Shown: piece after piece, positions 15,761 to 24,194 of the stretch | Position numbering within the stretch: the first letter of the stretch is position 1 | Layout: each line of letters starts with the position of its first letter | Virus record (IMG/VR): IMGVR_UViG_3300024057_000003 | Location: 1-58,122 of that record | DNA: 58,122 nt | From: a virus | Taxonomy: Duplodnaviria; Caudoviricetes | Direction: 5' to 3' (one strand) | The notes under the pieces: model-generated | What the model saw: the letters and a program-made list of their open reading frames with translations, nothing else | Database searches by the model: none | Told to the model about the DNA's origin: nothing | Translations under genes and position numbers: made by a program

Positions 15761-16485
15761 TGAGAGAGCGCGTGTTCAAGGAGGCGATGGAAGCGAAGCT
15801 CGCTGAGGAGCTTCCAGGAGGCTTCCCTCTCAACCAGCCGTACACGATGCCCGCGCGCGTGAAGCGGACGACCGGCGCGCAGAGCACGGTGCCGGCGATG
15901 AAGTCGACCGGGACGGTCGGGAAGAAGTCAAAGGGGATGGGAACGGTGAAGACGAAGCTGGCGAAGCCGGACATCGCCAAGCCCGTTCCCCCGATGCGAC
16001 GTCTGCTGGCGGGTGGCCTCAACGTGAAGCCACGCATGCAGATCGCGAAACCACCGAAGGGAGGCATGGTGAGATACGGATCGTACCCGACGCCAGAGCA
16101 GGCCGAAGAGGCAATCTTCCCGGGTCGCTCGGTGACCCGACGGCTTCTGACCAAGGAGGGCCAGAAGCAGCGGCTCAGAGACACGATGAGCGCGCTCAAG
16201 GATCTCGAAGCGACGAGCGACGAGGGCGAGAAGGTCGCCGCGCTCATCCGCCTGGCCGGGCTTCGCAAGGAGGCGTTCCTCGGCGCCGCGCTCCGTGCGG
16301 GCGCGGGCGTCGCCGGAAGGCTGGCCAAGAGCAAGCTCCTCTGGGGCGGCGCGGGCCTGACCGGCGCAGGGATCGGGGTCCAGAAGCTCATCAGCGGGGC
16401 CAAGGGAGCCGTCCAGGGATCTCAGCAACGCCGGAAGAAGAAGTTGCCCACGGAATTGCAGGGTATCTATCAGGGCGTGAGGTGA
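15760..16485 (+). CDS. propeptide-bearing basic protein
   Basis: TGATG-coupled; VFKEAMEAKLA..EKVAA..RKEA then FLGAALRAGAGVAGRLAKSKLLWGG. Confidence 0.75.
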   Translation: MRERVFKEAMEAKLAEELPGGFPLNQPYTMPARVKRTTGAQSTVPAMKSTGTVGKKSKGMGTVKTKLAKPDIAKPVPPMRRLLAGGLNVKPRMQIAKPPKGGMVRYGSYPTPEQAEEAIFPGRSVTRRLLTKEGQKQRLRDTMSALKDLEATSDEGEKVAALIRLAGLRKEAFLGAALRAGAGVAGRLAKSKLLWGGAGLTGAGIGVQKLISGAKGAVQGSQQRRKKKLPTELQGIYQGVR

Positions 16486-17318
16486 TCGAATTTCGGTCTA
16501 CAAGCGCGGAGGTGATCCGGCTCAACCTGATCCTCGTGAGATGGACGATCAAGGATACGAACGAGGACATCGGGAACTTCCGCTTCACCGTTCGCAAGAG
16601 CTACTCCCCGGGCGGCCCGTTCGAGGCCATCACGGGGCCGCTCGTCAACACCTTCCAGTTCTTCGATCAAGCGTTGCAGATGAAGTCCAACTGGCGCAAG
16701 ATGTACTACAGGATCCTCGCCCAGGACGTGGTGAAGGGCGAGACGATCGAGAGTCCGGTCGCCGGGATCGAATCGGATCCAGACCTCTTCCTCCTGGAGC
16801 TTCGGCGTCGCCACGACCTCTATCTGAAGCGCTTCGTCGGGATCCCTGCATCCGTCCTCGTCGCGAAGACGTTCGGCCAGCGTTGCGTCACCTGCCACGA
16901 CCAGATCAAACAGCGAGTACGGAGTTCGGCATGCCTCCAGTGTTTCGGGATGGGATTCCACGGCGGCTACTTCAATCAGGTCGACACGTTCATCAATTTC
17001 AGCCCGAGTCCGGAGCTCGTGGCGCTTCTGGAGATTGGAGAGCGCCAACCAAACCAGACCAATCTGTGGACGATAAACTTCCCAGAGTTGTCTCCGCGTG
17101 ATATGATCGTGGAGTTCCCGCCCAGTGCGGAGCAGAGGAGATGGAGGGTTGTGACGGTGGGACGGACCGAGCGACTTCGAGCGACGAGCCGGCAGATCGC
17201 CCAGGTGACGGAGATCAACCGGAATGACGTCGAGTATCAGGTCCCGGTCGATAAGTTCCTGCCGCCGCGGGACACGTTCCTTGGATTCCGGCCGCCGAAT
17301 GGAAGCGCTCTCCTGTAA
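16482..17318 (+). CDS. putative neck/head-closure protein with CxxC..CxxC motif
   Basis: 278 aa; RCVTCHD..ACLQCFGMGFHGGY, C-terminal beta-rich RWRVVTVGR. Confidence 0.6.
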   Translation: MIEFRSTSAEVIRLNLILVRWTIKDTNEDIGNFRFTVRKSYSPGGPFEAITGPLVNTFQFFDQALQMKSNWRKMYYRILAQDVVKGETIESPVAGIESDPDLFLLELRRRHDLYLKRFVGIPASVLVAKTFGQRCVTCHDQIKQRVRSSACLQCFGMGFHGGYFNQVDTFINFSPSPELVALLEIGERQPNQTNLWTINFPELSPRDMIVEFPPSAEQRRWRVVTVGRTERLRATSRQIAQVTEINRNDVEYQVPVDKFLPPRDTFLGFRPPNGSALL

Positions 17319-17327
17319 GGTGATGAA

Positions 17328-17975
17328 ATGACAGACTGGGGAGGCCTTAGCACCAAGGAAGTCAGCGCCGACCTCAAGGGCGGAATCATCGACACTTCGG
17401 CGCTGCGCGTGGCCCCCGCAACGCCCGCCAATCCCTTGGCCACGTTTGCGGACGTGCTCGCGGCCATCGGCGGAGTTCCGATATTCACCAAGAAAGCAAC
17501 CCTGACCAAGGCGGATGGAAGTTTCACCCTTGGGGACACGGCTGGAGCGTACGTGGATTTCCCAGGAGTGAAGGATCTGGCATTGACCGTGACCGTGCCA
17601 GGCGCAGACGCCTTGGTTTTGATCAGCGGGAACGGAGGCCACGCAACCTCGAATCCGGCGGCGATGGGCGTAAGTGTTGCCCATCAGATCGGAGCCGGGG
17701 CTTTCGTTGATGTGATAACCGGAACCGAGGGAGATGGATTGGGAGCATTCGGCTTGGCTCTTTCCGGCCTTGCAATGCAGTTTCATCAGGGGGGTGGGAT
17801 AAACGCGGGTGGCGGTACTCTTACTGCCATGGTTGTCATCCCGGCGCTCGTCGTAGGGTCGCACACGTTCAGGCTCAGAGCTTCTGTCGATGACGGAGGA
17901 TTCCCAGTTGGCCAAGTAGGAAGGTTTTACGCTTCTGTGCCAAATCCATTCCGTATGATTGTGCTTCACAAGTGA
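17328..17975 (+). CDS. putative fibre/decoration structural protein
   Basis: 215 aa beta-sandwich-like (YVDFPGVKDLALTVTV..GSHTFRLRAS); AT-richer codons than neighbours. Confidence 0.55.
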   Translation: MTDWGGLSTKEVSADLKGGIIDTSALRVAPATPANPLATFADVLAAIGGVPIFTKKATLTKADGSFTLGDTAGAYVDFPGVKDLALTVTVPGADALVLISGNGGHATSNPAAMGVSVAHQIGAGAFVDVITGTEGDGLGAFGLALSGLAMQFHQGGGINAGGGTLTAMVVIPALVVGSHTFRLRASVDDGGFPVGQVGRFYASVPNPFRMIVLHK

Positions 17976-18469
17976 TGACGATTACGACATTTGACAAGGT
18001 GGTGGAGAACGTCTCCCATCTCCAATCCCATCTCCGCGCGAACGGGATTCCCTCCGCTGTTGTAGTGGTGCAATCTGGAGCGACACCGAATCTGTACGTC
18101 CACCATAACGTGGCGGAAAATCCGACGGCGCTGGTCAACGCCTACGTGAACCCCGATTACCTTGTCGCCGTCAGCAACAAGACGATCGTGAATGGCGCGC
18201 CGGAAGCAAGCGCAGACGGAGTGGACGTCCACTCGGTCACGATCACGAAGTACGATGGCACGACCAAAACCCCAAAGGGGACGGGAACGGAAACGATCAA
18301 GATCATGTCCAACAATCCGATCACGAGTTCTCCGCCTACTGTCGTGCTCGCCAACGGGGCCGCAGTGGTCAACCTGGGGCCTGTGTCGATGATCGGAGAA
18401 TGGAATCTCATTATCGCGGATCAGGCAGGGGCTCTTGTACAGACGACAATCCGGTTGAGATTCGTTTAG
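17975..18469 (+). CDS. structural protein with Ig-like (Big-type) domain
   Basis: ASADGVDVHSVTITKYDG..LANGAAVVNL; TGATG-coupled. Confidence 0.55.
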   Translation: MTITTFDKVVENVSHLQSHLRANGIPSAVVVVQSGATPNLYVHHNVAENPTALVNAYVNPDYLVAVSNKTIVNGAPEASADGVDVHSVTITKYDGTTKTPKGTGTETIKIMSNNPITSSPPTVVLANGAAVVNLGPVSMIGEWNLIIADQAGALVQTTIRLRFV

Positions 18470-18476
18470 GGCGCCC

Positions 18477-18505
18477 TATAAATATCGGAGTGACGGGAGT
18501 ATAAT
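18477..18505 (+). promoter_or_regulatory. putative phage late promoter TATAAA-N17-TATAAT
   Basis: Intergenic; ATG 11 nt downstream without clear SD. Confidence 0.6.
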
Positions 18506-18515
18506 AGGCGACGAC

Positions 18516-19001
18516 ATGGCCTTCCACCTCGTTCCGGCGGATTTCGCGTGGCTCTCGGATGTCAGCCTGCGCGAGGTCCTCATGAGCAACATCAAGGGCA
18601 GGATCGAGGAGGCCGTCCGTACCGTCTCCAAGGAGAGGGTATTCCAGCGGACGAAGGAGAAGGCTCGGGTCATCGATGTCGGGAACGCGTTGATCATCGA
18701 GATCAAGGCGGGCAAGGACACCGCCGAAGAGAAGGGCGTGCCAGCCCACCAGATGACGCAACTCGAAGGCGAGACCATCCCGATCCGGCAGGCGGCCGGC
18801 GGGATCACCTTCCGGAAGGCTTCCCGTCTCTCGATGATGCTCGGGAAATTCCGGCATCCCGGGACCCAGAAGCGGGAGACGGTGAAGCGGGCGGTGGACG
18901 ACGCGATGGCGAAGTCTGCCGAGGCAGTGATTGAGGCAAAGGACAAGGTCGAGGAGATGAACCCGTCTCCCCGACTCAAGGACGTGATCGGTTTGCGTTG
19001 A
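18516..19001 (+). CDS. putative neck/virion morphogenesis protein
   Basis: 161 aa; ITFRKAS..KFRHPGT motif reminiscent of gp10-like neck proteins. Confidence 0.5.
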   Translation: MAFHLVPADFAWLSDVSLREVLMSNIKGRIEEAVRTVSKERVFQRTKEKARVIDVGNALIIEIKAGKDTAEEKGVPAHQMTQLEGETIPIRQAAGGITFRKASRLSMMLGKFRHPGTQKRETVKRAVDDAMAKSAEAVIEAKDKVEEMNPSPRLKDVIGLR

Positions 19002-19011
19002 GGAGGAAGCC

Positions 19012-19344
19012 ATGAGCCTACGCGACATCCTGATTCAGCGGTACGGCAACGGCTTGGTGAAGGAGGCGAAGCCGGACTTCGCCCCCGGCGTCAAGGAGAA
19101 GGGCATCGCCGCCCTCTCGAAGAAGGACCCGGCCCTCGCCAGCGCCGCCGCGGCGACCGGCAGCAAGGGCACCAAGAAGGCGAGCGTGAGTGCGGGCTCC
19201 ATCTTCGACTTCAAGATGGGCAAGGTCGCCAGCGCGGGTTTCATGGACGAGCTCCGGAAGCTCAACGAGGCCACCGCGAAGCTCCTGAACAAGGAGGCGG
19301 TGGAGGAGAGCCCGCTGCACAAGGCGATCCGGGCCTGCTCGTAG
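19012..19344 (+). CDS. small K-x-A head-associated protein
   Basis: VKEAK, GKVASAGFMDELRKL, NKEAV; GAGGAGG RBS. Confidence 0.7.
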   Translation: MSLRDILIQRYGNGLVKEAKPDFAPGVKEKGIAALSKKDPALASAAAATGSKGTKKASVSAGSIFDFKMGKVASAGFMDELRKLNEATAKLLNKEAVEESPLHKAIRACS

Positions 19345-19354
19345 GAGGGATTCG

Positions 19355-19585
19355 ATGATCGATCCGAAGTTGCTTCTCTCGGATGAGGTTCTGACCTCCG
19401 ACGACGAAGCCAAGGCCGCCGGCCAGATCGCGGCCAGGGCGTTCGCCGACGAGCGCGAGAAGCTCTGTCAGGCCTTCGGCATCAAGACCGCCGCCGATGC
19501 GGGGGATGACGACGCAGAGGATGGAGGGGAGAGCTTCACCGAGAACGAGAGGCGCTTCCTCGAAGAATTGGGGAGCGACGAATGA
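19355..19585 (+). CDS. small acidic K-x-A protein
   Basis: AAGQIAARAFADEREKL..IKTAA; resembles C-terminus of 9167..9880. Confidence 0.7.
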   Translation: MIDPKLLLSDEVLTSDDEAKAAGQIAARAFADEREKLCQAFGIKTAADAGDDDAEDGGESFTENERRFLEELGSDE

Positions 19586-19935
19586 CGACGACGCTGAGCG
19601 AGAAGGCTGGCCAGATCTCCAGCGACCTCGTTGGAGATCCCCAGTTGCTTTCCAAGGTCCTCGACGGCCTGATCGAGAAGACCTCGCAGAGCAAGCTCCC
19701 GGAGCAGGTCGTGAAGATCGCCGCCGAGATCCAGAAGGACACGGGGGTCAACGAGGAGGCGGCGCTCAAGATGGCGTGGGATGCCTACGCCAAGTTCATC
19801 AACCCCGGGGCCGCCGAAGCCGCCGGGGTCAAGACGGCCGAGCCGAAGGCGGCCAAGCCGGGAGCGATGAAGACGGCGGCCGCGCGGGACCTGGCGGAGG
19901 GCCTGGCGGGCGTCTTCGGAAAGGGAAACGAGTAG
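19582..19935 (+). CDS. small K-x-A protein
   Basis: VKIAA, LKMAW, VKTAE, MKTAA. Confidence 0.7.
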   Translation: MTTTLSEKAGQISSDLVGDPQLLSKVLDGLIEKTSQSKLPEQVVKIAAEIQKDTGVNEEAALKMAWDAYAKFINPGAAEAAGVKTAEPKAAKPGAMKTAAARDLAEGLAGVFGKGNE

Positions 19936-19939
19936 GTCG

Positions 19940-20581
19940 ATGGCCAAGCCGATTCGTGGGATCACGGACTTCGCGAAGGACACGATTCTGGCGCTCCTTC
20001 AGGAGTTCTTCTCGAACGAGGAGAACGTGCCCTCCGAGTTCCTCTTCAACCGCGACCTCTCTCAGTCGAAGATCCTGATCGCCGACAAGTACACCTACAA
20101 CTTGGAGGACGTCGAGAAGAGGCCGGCGATCGTCGTCATCCGTGGCGCCCAGAGCTGGGCACGGCGCGGGAACGATCAGTTCTTGGGGTGGAAGGGGAAC
20201 GCGCAGGCCGAGCAGTTCACCGACCTGATCAACGGGAGTTTCAGTTGCACGTGCATGGATCGCGAGGGACTGGTGGCCGAGCAGATCGGGCACGTGTGCT
20301 TCGCCTTCTTCCAGTTCTTCCGGAGGATGCTCCGGGATCGCCGGAAGGGGATTCACGACGTAACGAGCGTGGTGCTCGGAGAGGAACTGGCGGCGCAGAC
20401 GGATTCGCGCATTGACGTCGCCGTCGTTCCGGTTCAGATCGGTCTCATGTTCCAGTGGAAGTGGGAGCTGAGGCAGAATGCCCCCGTGTTCAGGGAGTTG
20501 GACATTCGGACGCGCCAGAGGAACGGGGAGATCCTGACCCAGTTCCTCAAGAAGGCGCACCCGATGGTGGCGACGTCATAG
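19940..20581 (+). CDS. putative tail terminator/completion protein
   Basis: 213 aa immediately before sheath; EKRPAIVVIRG, FSCTC..EGLVAEQIG. Confidence 0.6.
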   Translation: MAKPIRGITDFAKDTILALLQEFFSNEENVPSEFLFNRDLSQSKILIADKYTYNLEDVEKRPAIVVIRGAQSWARRGNDQFLGWKGNAQAEQFTDLINGSFSCTCMDREGLVAEQIGHVCFAFFQFFRRMLRDRRKGIHDVTSVVLGEELAAQTDSRIDVAVVPVQIGLMFQWKWELRQNAPVFRELDIRTRQRNGEILTQFLKKAHPMVATS

Positions 20582-20591
20582 GAGAACGGCC

Positions 20592-22469
20592 ATGGCAATC
20601 GAAACGCTTGAGCGCCCCGACGTACGCGTCTTCCAGGAGTTCGGACCGGAAGCGCCGTCGCTCATCAGGCCGCTTCTCGAAGCCGCAATCGTCGGCCAGG
20701 CATTCCAGGTGGTCACGAAGGCGGCGGCCGGGGAGTACTTCGGCGGGACCGAGACGTTCGCGTACCCCGGGAAGATCCTCGGCGCGGTCATCCAGACCGC
20801 CGAGGTCGAGGTCTTCCTCCAGCAGGGGACCGATGAGTTCGACATCACGACCGCTGCGGGCGTGGTGATCGACGCGACCGACGTCGACCTGCCAGCATCC
20901 CTCATCCCGGTCAAGGACATCGTGGCCCAGAAGCAGGTGGCTTCGACGGTCGCGGGGACGATCCTCACGGATCTCGAAGCCGACTTCGTCACCGCCGGCG
21001 TGAAGCCGGGGGACATCCTCAACTTCATCCTGCTCGCGCCGTCCCTGATCGAGCCGGATTCGGTGATCTCGACCCAGAGCGGGGACTTCACCGTCCTCAA
21101 CGTCAACAGCGCCACGGAGCTGGAGATCACCCCGGTCCTGATCGCCGAGACCAAGGTCGAGTACGTGATCGTCCGCAAGGGGACGTCCTCGGGCGACGTG
21201 AAGATCACCTACCGCGCGCTCCGGAAGGACCTCGTCGGGCAACTGATCGAGGTGCAGGACCAGAACGACCGCGAGACCCAGCTCGGCCCCGCGGATCCGC
21301 TGAAGAACCCCCTGTCGTTCGGCGTCTTCATGGCACTCCTCCACACCGAGGCCGTCGTGGCGGCGACCGCGGTGGAGAGCGACGCCCTGACCGACTGGAC
21401 GAAGGCCGCGGAGTTCCTGGAGTCCAAGGAGATCTACGCGATCGCTCCGCTCACGCACCGGCCCGACGTGCATCAGATGTTCCAGCAACACGTCGACCAG
21501 ATGTCTGAGCCGTCGAACAAGAAGGAACGGATCGTCCTGGTCAACCCGGAGATCCTCGACAAGGTCATCTACCAAGCGCTGTTGGCCACCGGGTCGGTGA
21601 CGATCTCGTCCGACACCTTCACGGACACGGGCGCTGCGTTCCAGACCAACGGCGTGCCCATCGGCGCGCGGCTGAAGTTCCCGACGCCCGTGTCGATCGG
21701 CGGCGGCCCCGTCTCGGAGGTTGCGATCGCGGCCGTCCTGTCGGAGACGACGGTCAAGATGATCGCGACGGCCGACGCCACGGTGGGCTCGATCAGCTAC
21801 ACCGTCGAGAGCCCGGACTTCACGCTCCTCCAGAAGGCCCTGAACATCAAGGGCATCGGCGAGAGCTTCAAGGATCGCCGTGTCACGATGATCGTCCCGG
21901 ACATCGCGGTCGTCGCCGACAACGGCTCGGAAGTGGACGTCCCGGGGTACTTCCTCGGCGCGGCCGAGGCGGGCCTGATCTCCGGGTCCAGCCCGTCGCA
22001 GGGCTTCACGAACTTCCCGTTCGCGGGGGTCCTGGCGCTCAAGAACTCGAACTTCACGTTCAACGAGCTTCAGCTCGGCGTGATGGCGGCCGGCGGCGGC
22101 CACATCTTCCTCCAGGAGACGCTGGGCGGGGCGGTCACCGTCCGGCACCAGCTCACGACGGACGTGTCGTCCGTCCAGCGCCGCGAGCAGTCGATCGTCA
22201 GGACGATCGATTTCATGGCCAAGTTCCTGCGGAACCGGATCCGCCGGCTGATCGGGATCAACAACATCACGGACACGTTCCTGAACAACGTGCTCCGGCC
22301 GCAGACCAACGGGATCATCGAGGACCTCGTCGAGGACAGGATCATCGGCAGGAACACGAAGATCACCCGACTCGTGCAGGATCCGGTCCAGAAGGACCGG
22401 GTGGTCATCGACATCACGGTGGAAGTCCTGTTCCCGGCCAACTTCATCGACTACACTCTGATCATCTAG
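20592..22469 (+). CDS. contractile tail sheath protein
   Basis: 625 aa; N-term RPDVRVFQEF, HVDQMS..KKERI, VRHQLTTD, C-term DRVVIDITVEVLFPANFIDYTLII. Confidence 0.9.
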   Translation: MAIETLERPDVRVFQEFGPEAPSLIRPLLEAAIVGQAFQVVTKAAAGEYFGGTETFAYPGKILGAVIQTAEVEVFLQQGTDEFDITTAAGVVIDATDVDLPASLIPVKDIVAQKQVASTVAGTILTDLEADFVTAGVKPGDILNFILLAPSLIEPDSVISTQSGDFTVLNVNSATELEITPVLIAETKVEYVIVRKGTSSGDVKITYRALRKDLVGQLIEVQDQNDRETQLGPADPLKNPLSFGVFMALLHTEAVVAATAVESDALTDWTKAAEFLESKEIYAIAPLTHRPDVHQMFQQHVDQMSEPSNKKERIVLVNPEILDKVIYQALLATGSVTISSDTFTDTGAAFQTNGVPIGARLKFPTPVSIGGGPVSEVAIAAVLSETTVKMIATADATVGSISYTVESPDFTLLQKALNIKGIGESFKDRRVTMIVPDIAVVADNGSEVDVPGYFLGAAEAGLISGSSPSQGFTNFPFAGVLALKNSNFTFNELQLGVMAAGGGHIFLQETLGGAVTVRHQLTTDVSSVQRREQSIVRTIDFMAKFLRNRIRRLIGINNITDTFLNNVLRPQTNGIIEDLVEDRIIGRNTKITRLVQDPVQKDRVVIDITVEVLFPANFIDYTLII

Positions 22470-22482
22470 GAAGGAGTCACCT

Positions 22483-23205
22483 ATGGCGGGCGGAGTGCTC
22501 CAGGAATTCCTGGGCGGCGAAAACCAAGCTCCCGTCGCGCACCTTCGCGACTGGGAGTTCCGCGAGTTCCACGTCCAAGAAGACGTCGGAGCGAGCGAGT
22601 TCATCAACGCGGCGTCGACGCTGATCGCCGCCGGCCCCCCGCGGTTCAAGGACACCGTGGGCGGCGGGCAGGTATCGACCGGAGGCGGCCGGGACACGCG
22701 GAAGACCTTCGTTTTCCCGATCGGGATCATCGAGGCCGTCAGCATCTCCCAGGCCCGCCAGCTCCAGCGGCTCTTCGAGATCGGCTCGAAGCGGTCGTAC
22801 TTCATCCCCGGTCGCACGGTCGGCCAGGTGTCGATCACGCGGACGCTGTTCGACGGCCCCAGCCTGCTCCGGGTTCTCATGGCCTACTTCCCCGAGACGC
22901 TCCTGGCGCGATTCGACGCGCCCCAGCTTCTCGAATCGAGGGAAGGGATCGTCACCTGCCCGGACATCCGCAACGCCCCGGGCTATGACGACTGGTTCAT
23001 CAACCTCGATTCCGAGGTCTTCGACCACCCGATGGGTCTGTTCATCGCGCACAAGGACTCCTGCGGGGAGAACTTCGGTGCTGTCTATCTGGAGAACGCC
23101 TTCATCAACAGCCACCAGATGTCGATCTCGGCGACGTCGACGCTGATCGCCGAAGGCGTGACCATCCAGTACGACAAGGTCGTTCCGGTGAGGGTCCGCT
23201 TCTAG
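22483..23205 (+). CDS. tail tube protein
   Basis: 240 aa after sheath; PIGIIEAVSISQARQLQRLFEIGS, AVYLENAFI..EGVTIQYD. Confidence 0.8.
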   Translation: MAGGVLQEFLGGENQAPVAHLRDWEFREFHVQEDVGASEFINAASTLIAAGPPRFKDTVGGGQVSTGGGRDTRKTFVFPIGIIEAVSISQARQLQRLFEIGSKRSYFIPGRTVGQVSITRTLFDGPSLLRVLMAYFPETLLARFDAPQLLESREGIVTCPDIRNAPGYDDWFINLDSEVFDHPMGLFIAHKDSCGENFGAVYLENAFINSHQMSISATSTLIAEGVTIQYDKVVPVRVRF

Positions 23206-23217
23206 GAGGCTTGATTC

Positions 23218-23754
23218 ATGAACCCGCAGACCCCTTCAGCACCGGCACCCCCCCTCAAGGCCGCTGCGCCTGCCCCCTCCGTTGCGCCTCCCCAGAAGGA
23301 CAAGGCCGCGGAGAAGGAGAGCGATTGGAAGTACGCGCTGAAGGACGGGGCGAAGTTCTCGATCGACCACCTGCTCGTTCAGGGATCGCTCGAAGCCACC
23401 CTCCAGCTTCAGGAACGGATGACCGCCACGTACAGGACGCTGTCGGTCGAAGAGATCCAGAAGGTGGAATCCGTCCTGCCCCTGGGGGAAATGCGCGACA
23501 AGTCGATGCAGTTCCTCACGAACGAGATGACGATCACGCAACTCTACTTCTCGCTCATCGCGATGAACGGAAAGGCTCTCCCCGCCGTCCCGTCTCCGGA
23601 GGAGCTGGAGAAGATGCCGGGGAAGAAGGATCCGCGCCGCGAGATCCTGAGAAACATGCCGGGCGTGATGTTCGACATCCTGACCGCGGGCTTCAACGAG
23701 TTCGACCAGCGCGCGAAGGCGCTCGTCAAGGGCGACGCAGTAGCAAATTTTTAA
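23218..23754 (+). CDS. tail assembly chaperone (G-like)
   Basis: 178 aa between tube and tape measure; ends at slippery site. Confidence 0.75.
   Translation: MNPQTPSAPAPPLKAAAPAPSVAPPQKDKAAEKESDWKYALKDGAKFSIDHLLVQGSLEATLQLQERMTATYRTLSVEEIQKVESVLPLGEMRDKSMQFLTNEMTITQLYFSLIAMNGKALPAVPSPEELEKMPGKKDPRREILRNMPGVMFDILTAGFNEFDQRAKALVKGDAVANF
23745..23751 (+). other. programmed -1 ribosomal frameshift site A-AAT-TTT
   Basis: X XXY YYZ heptamer in frame just before TAA; -1 frame open to 24185. Confidence 0.8.
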
Positions 23755-24185
23755 AAACCCCGCTCGCCCTGTTCCGTGGGTATCAGCTCGCGAGCGGGGT
23801 GAAACTGGGGCTTCCTCCGCTGCAAGAAGCGGTACTCCAAGGCTACTTCCAGTCCCGGCGGAAGACGGAACTCCTCTCGCTCAAGGCCCTGATGGCCAGC
23901 GCGATCCCCACTCCGGAGGCGGGGAAGATGGCCGACCAGTTCCTCCGGGATGTTCAGCACACGCTCTTCCCCGAGATCGCGCCAGCCACCGCGGAGTTCG
24001 GGGAGGACGCGAAGGAGAAGATGGAAGCGTTGCGGAGCAAAGTCATTCAGATCAGTGGTAATACCGCTACAATAGAGGACACGGAAAAGATCGGCGTGAC
24101 AGAGCTCATGAAGACCGTCGAAGAAACGAGGCAGGCAGGAATGACCCGACGGAATCGCCGCCGACCGATGGAGCAGAGGCAGTAG
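23751..24185 (+). CDS. tail assembly chaperone GT extension (via -1 frameshift)
   Basis: -1 frame reads LKTPLALFRGYQLASG..; fills gap to tape measure. Confidence 0.7.
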   Translation, partial: LKTPLALFRGYQLASGVKLGLPPLQEAVLQGYFQSRRKTELLSLKALMASAIPTPEAGKMADQFLRDVQHTLFPEIAPATAEFGEDAKEKMEALRSKVIQISGNTATIEDTEKIGVTELMKTVEETRQAGMTRRNRRRPMEQRQ

Positions 24186-24194
24186 AGGCGACCA

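Noticed and set aside
20547-22880. Long antisense ORFs (e.g. 777 aa here, 839 aa at 53366..55885, 663 aa at 30654..32645, 628 aa at 35742..37628)
   Set aside because: Shadows of high-GC3 sense genes; no motifs and fully overlap well-supported + strand CDSs
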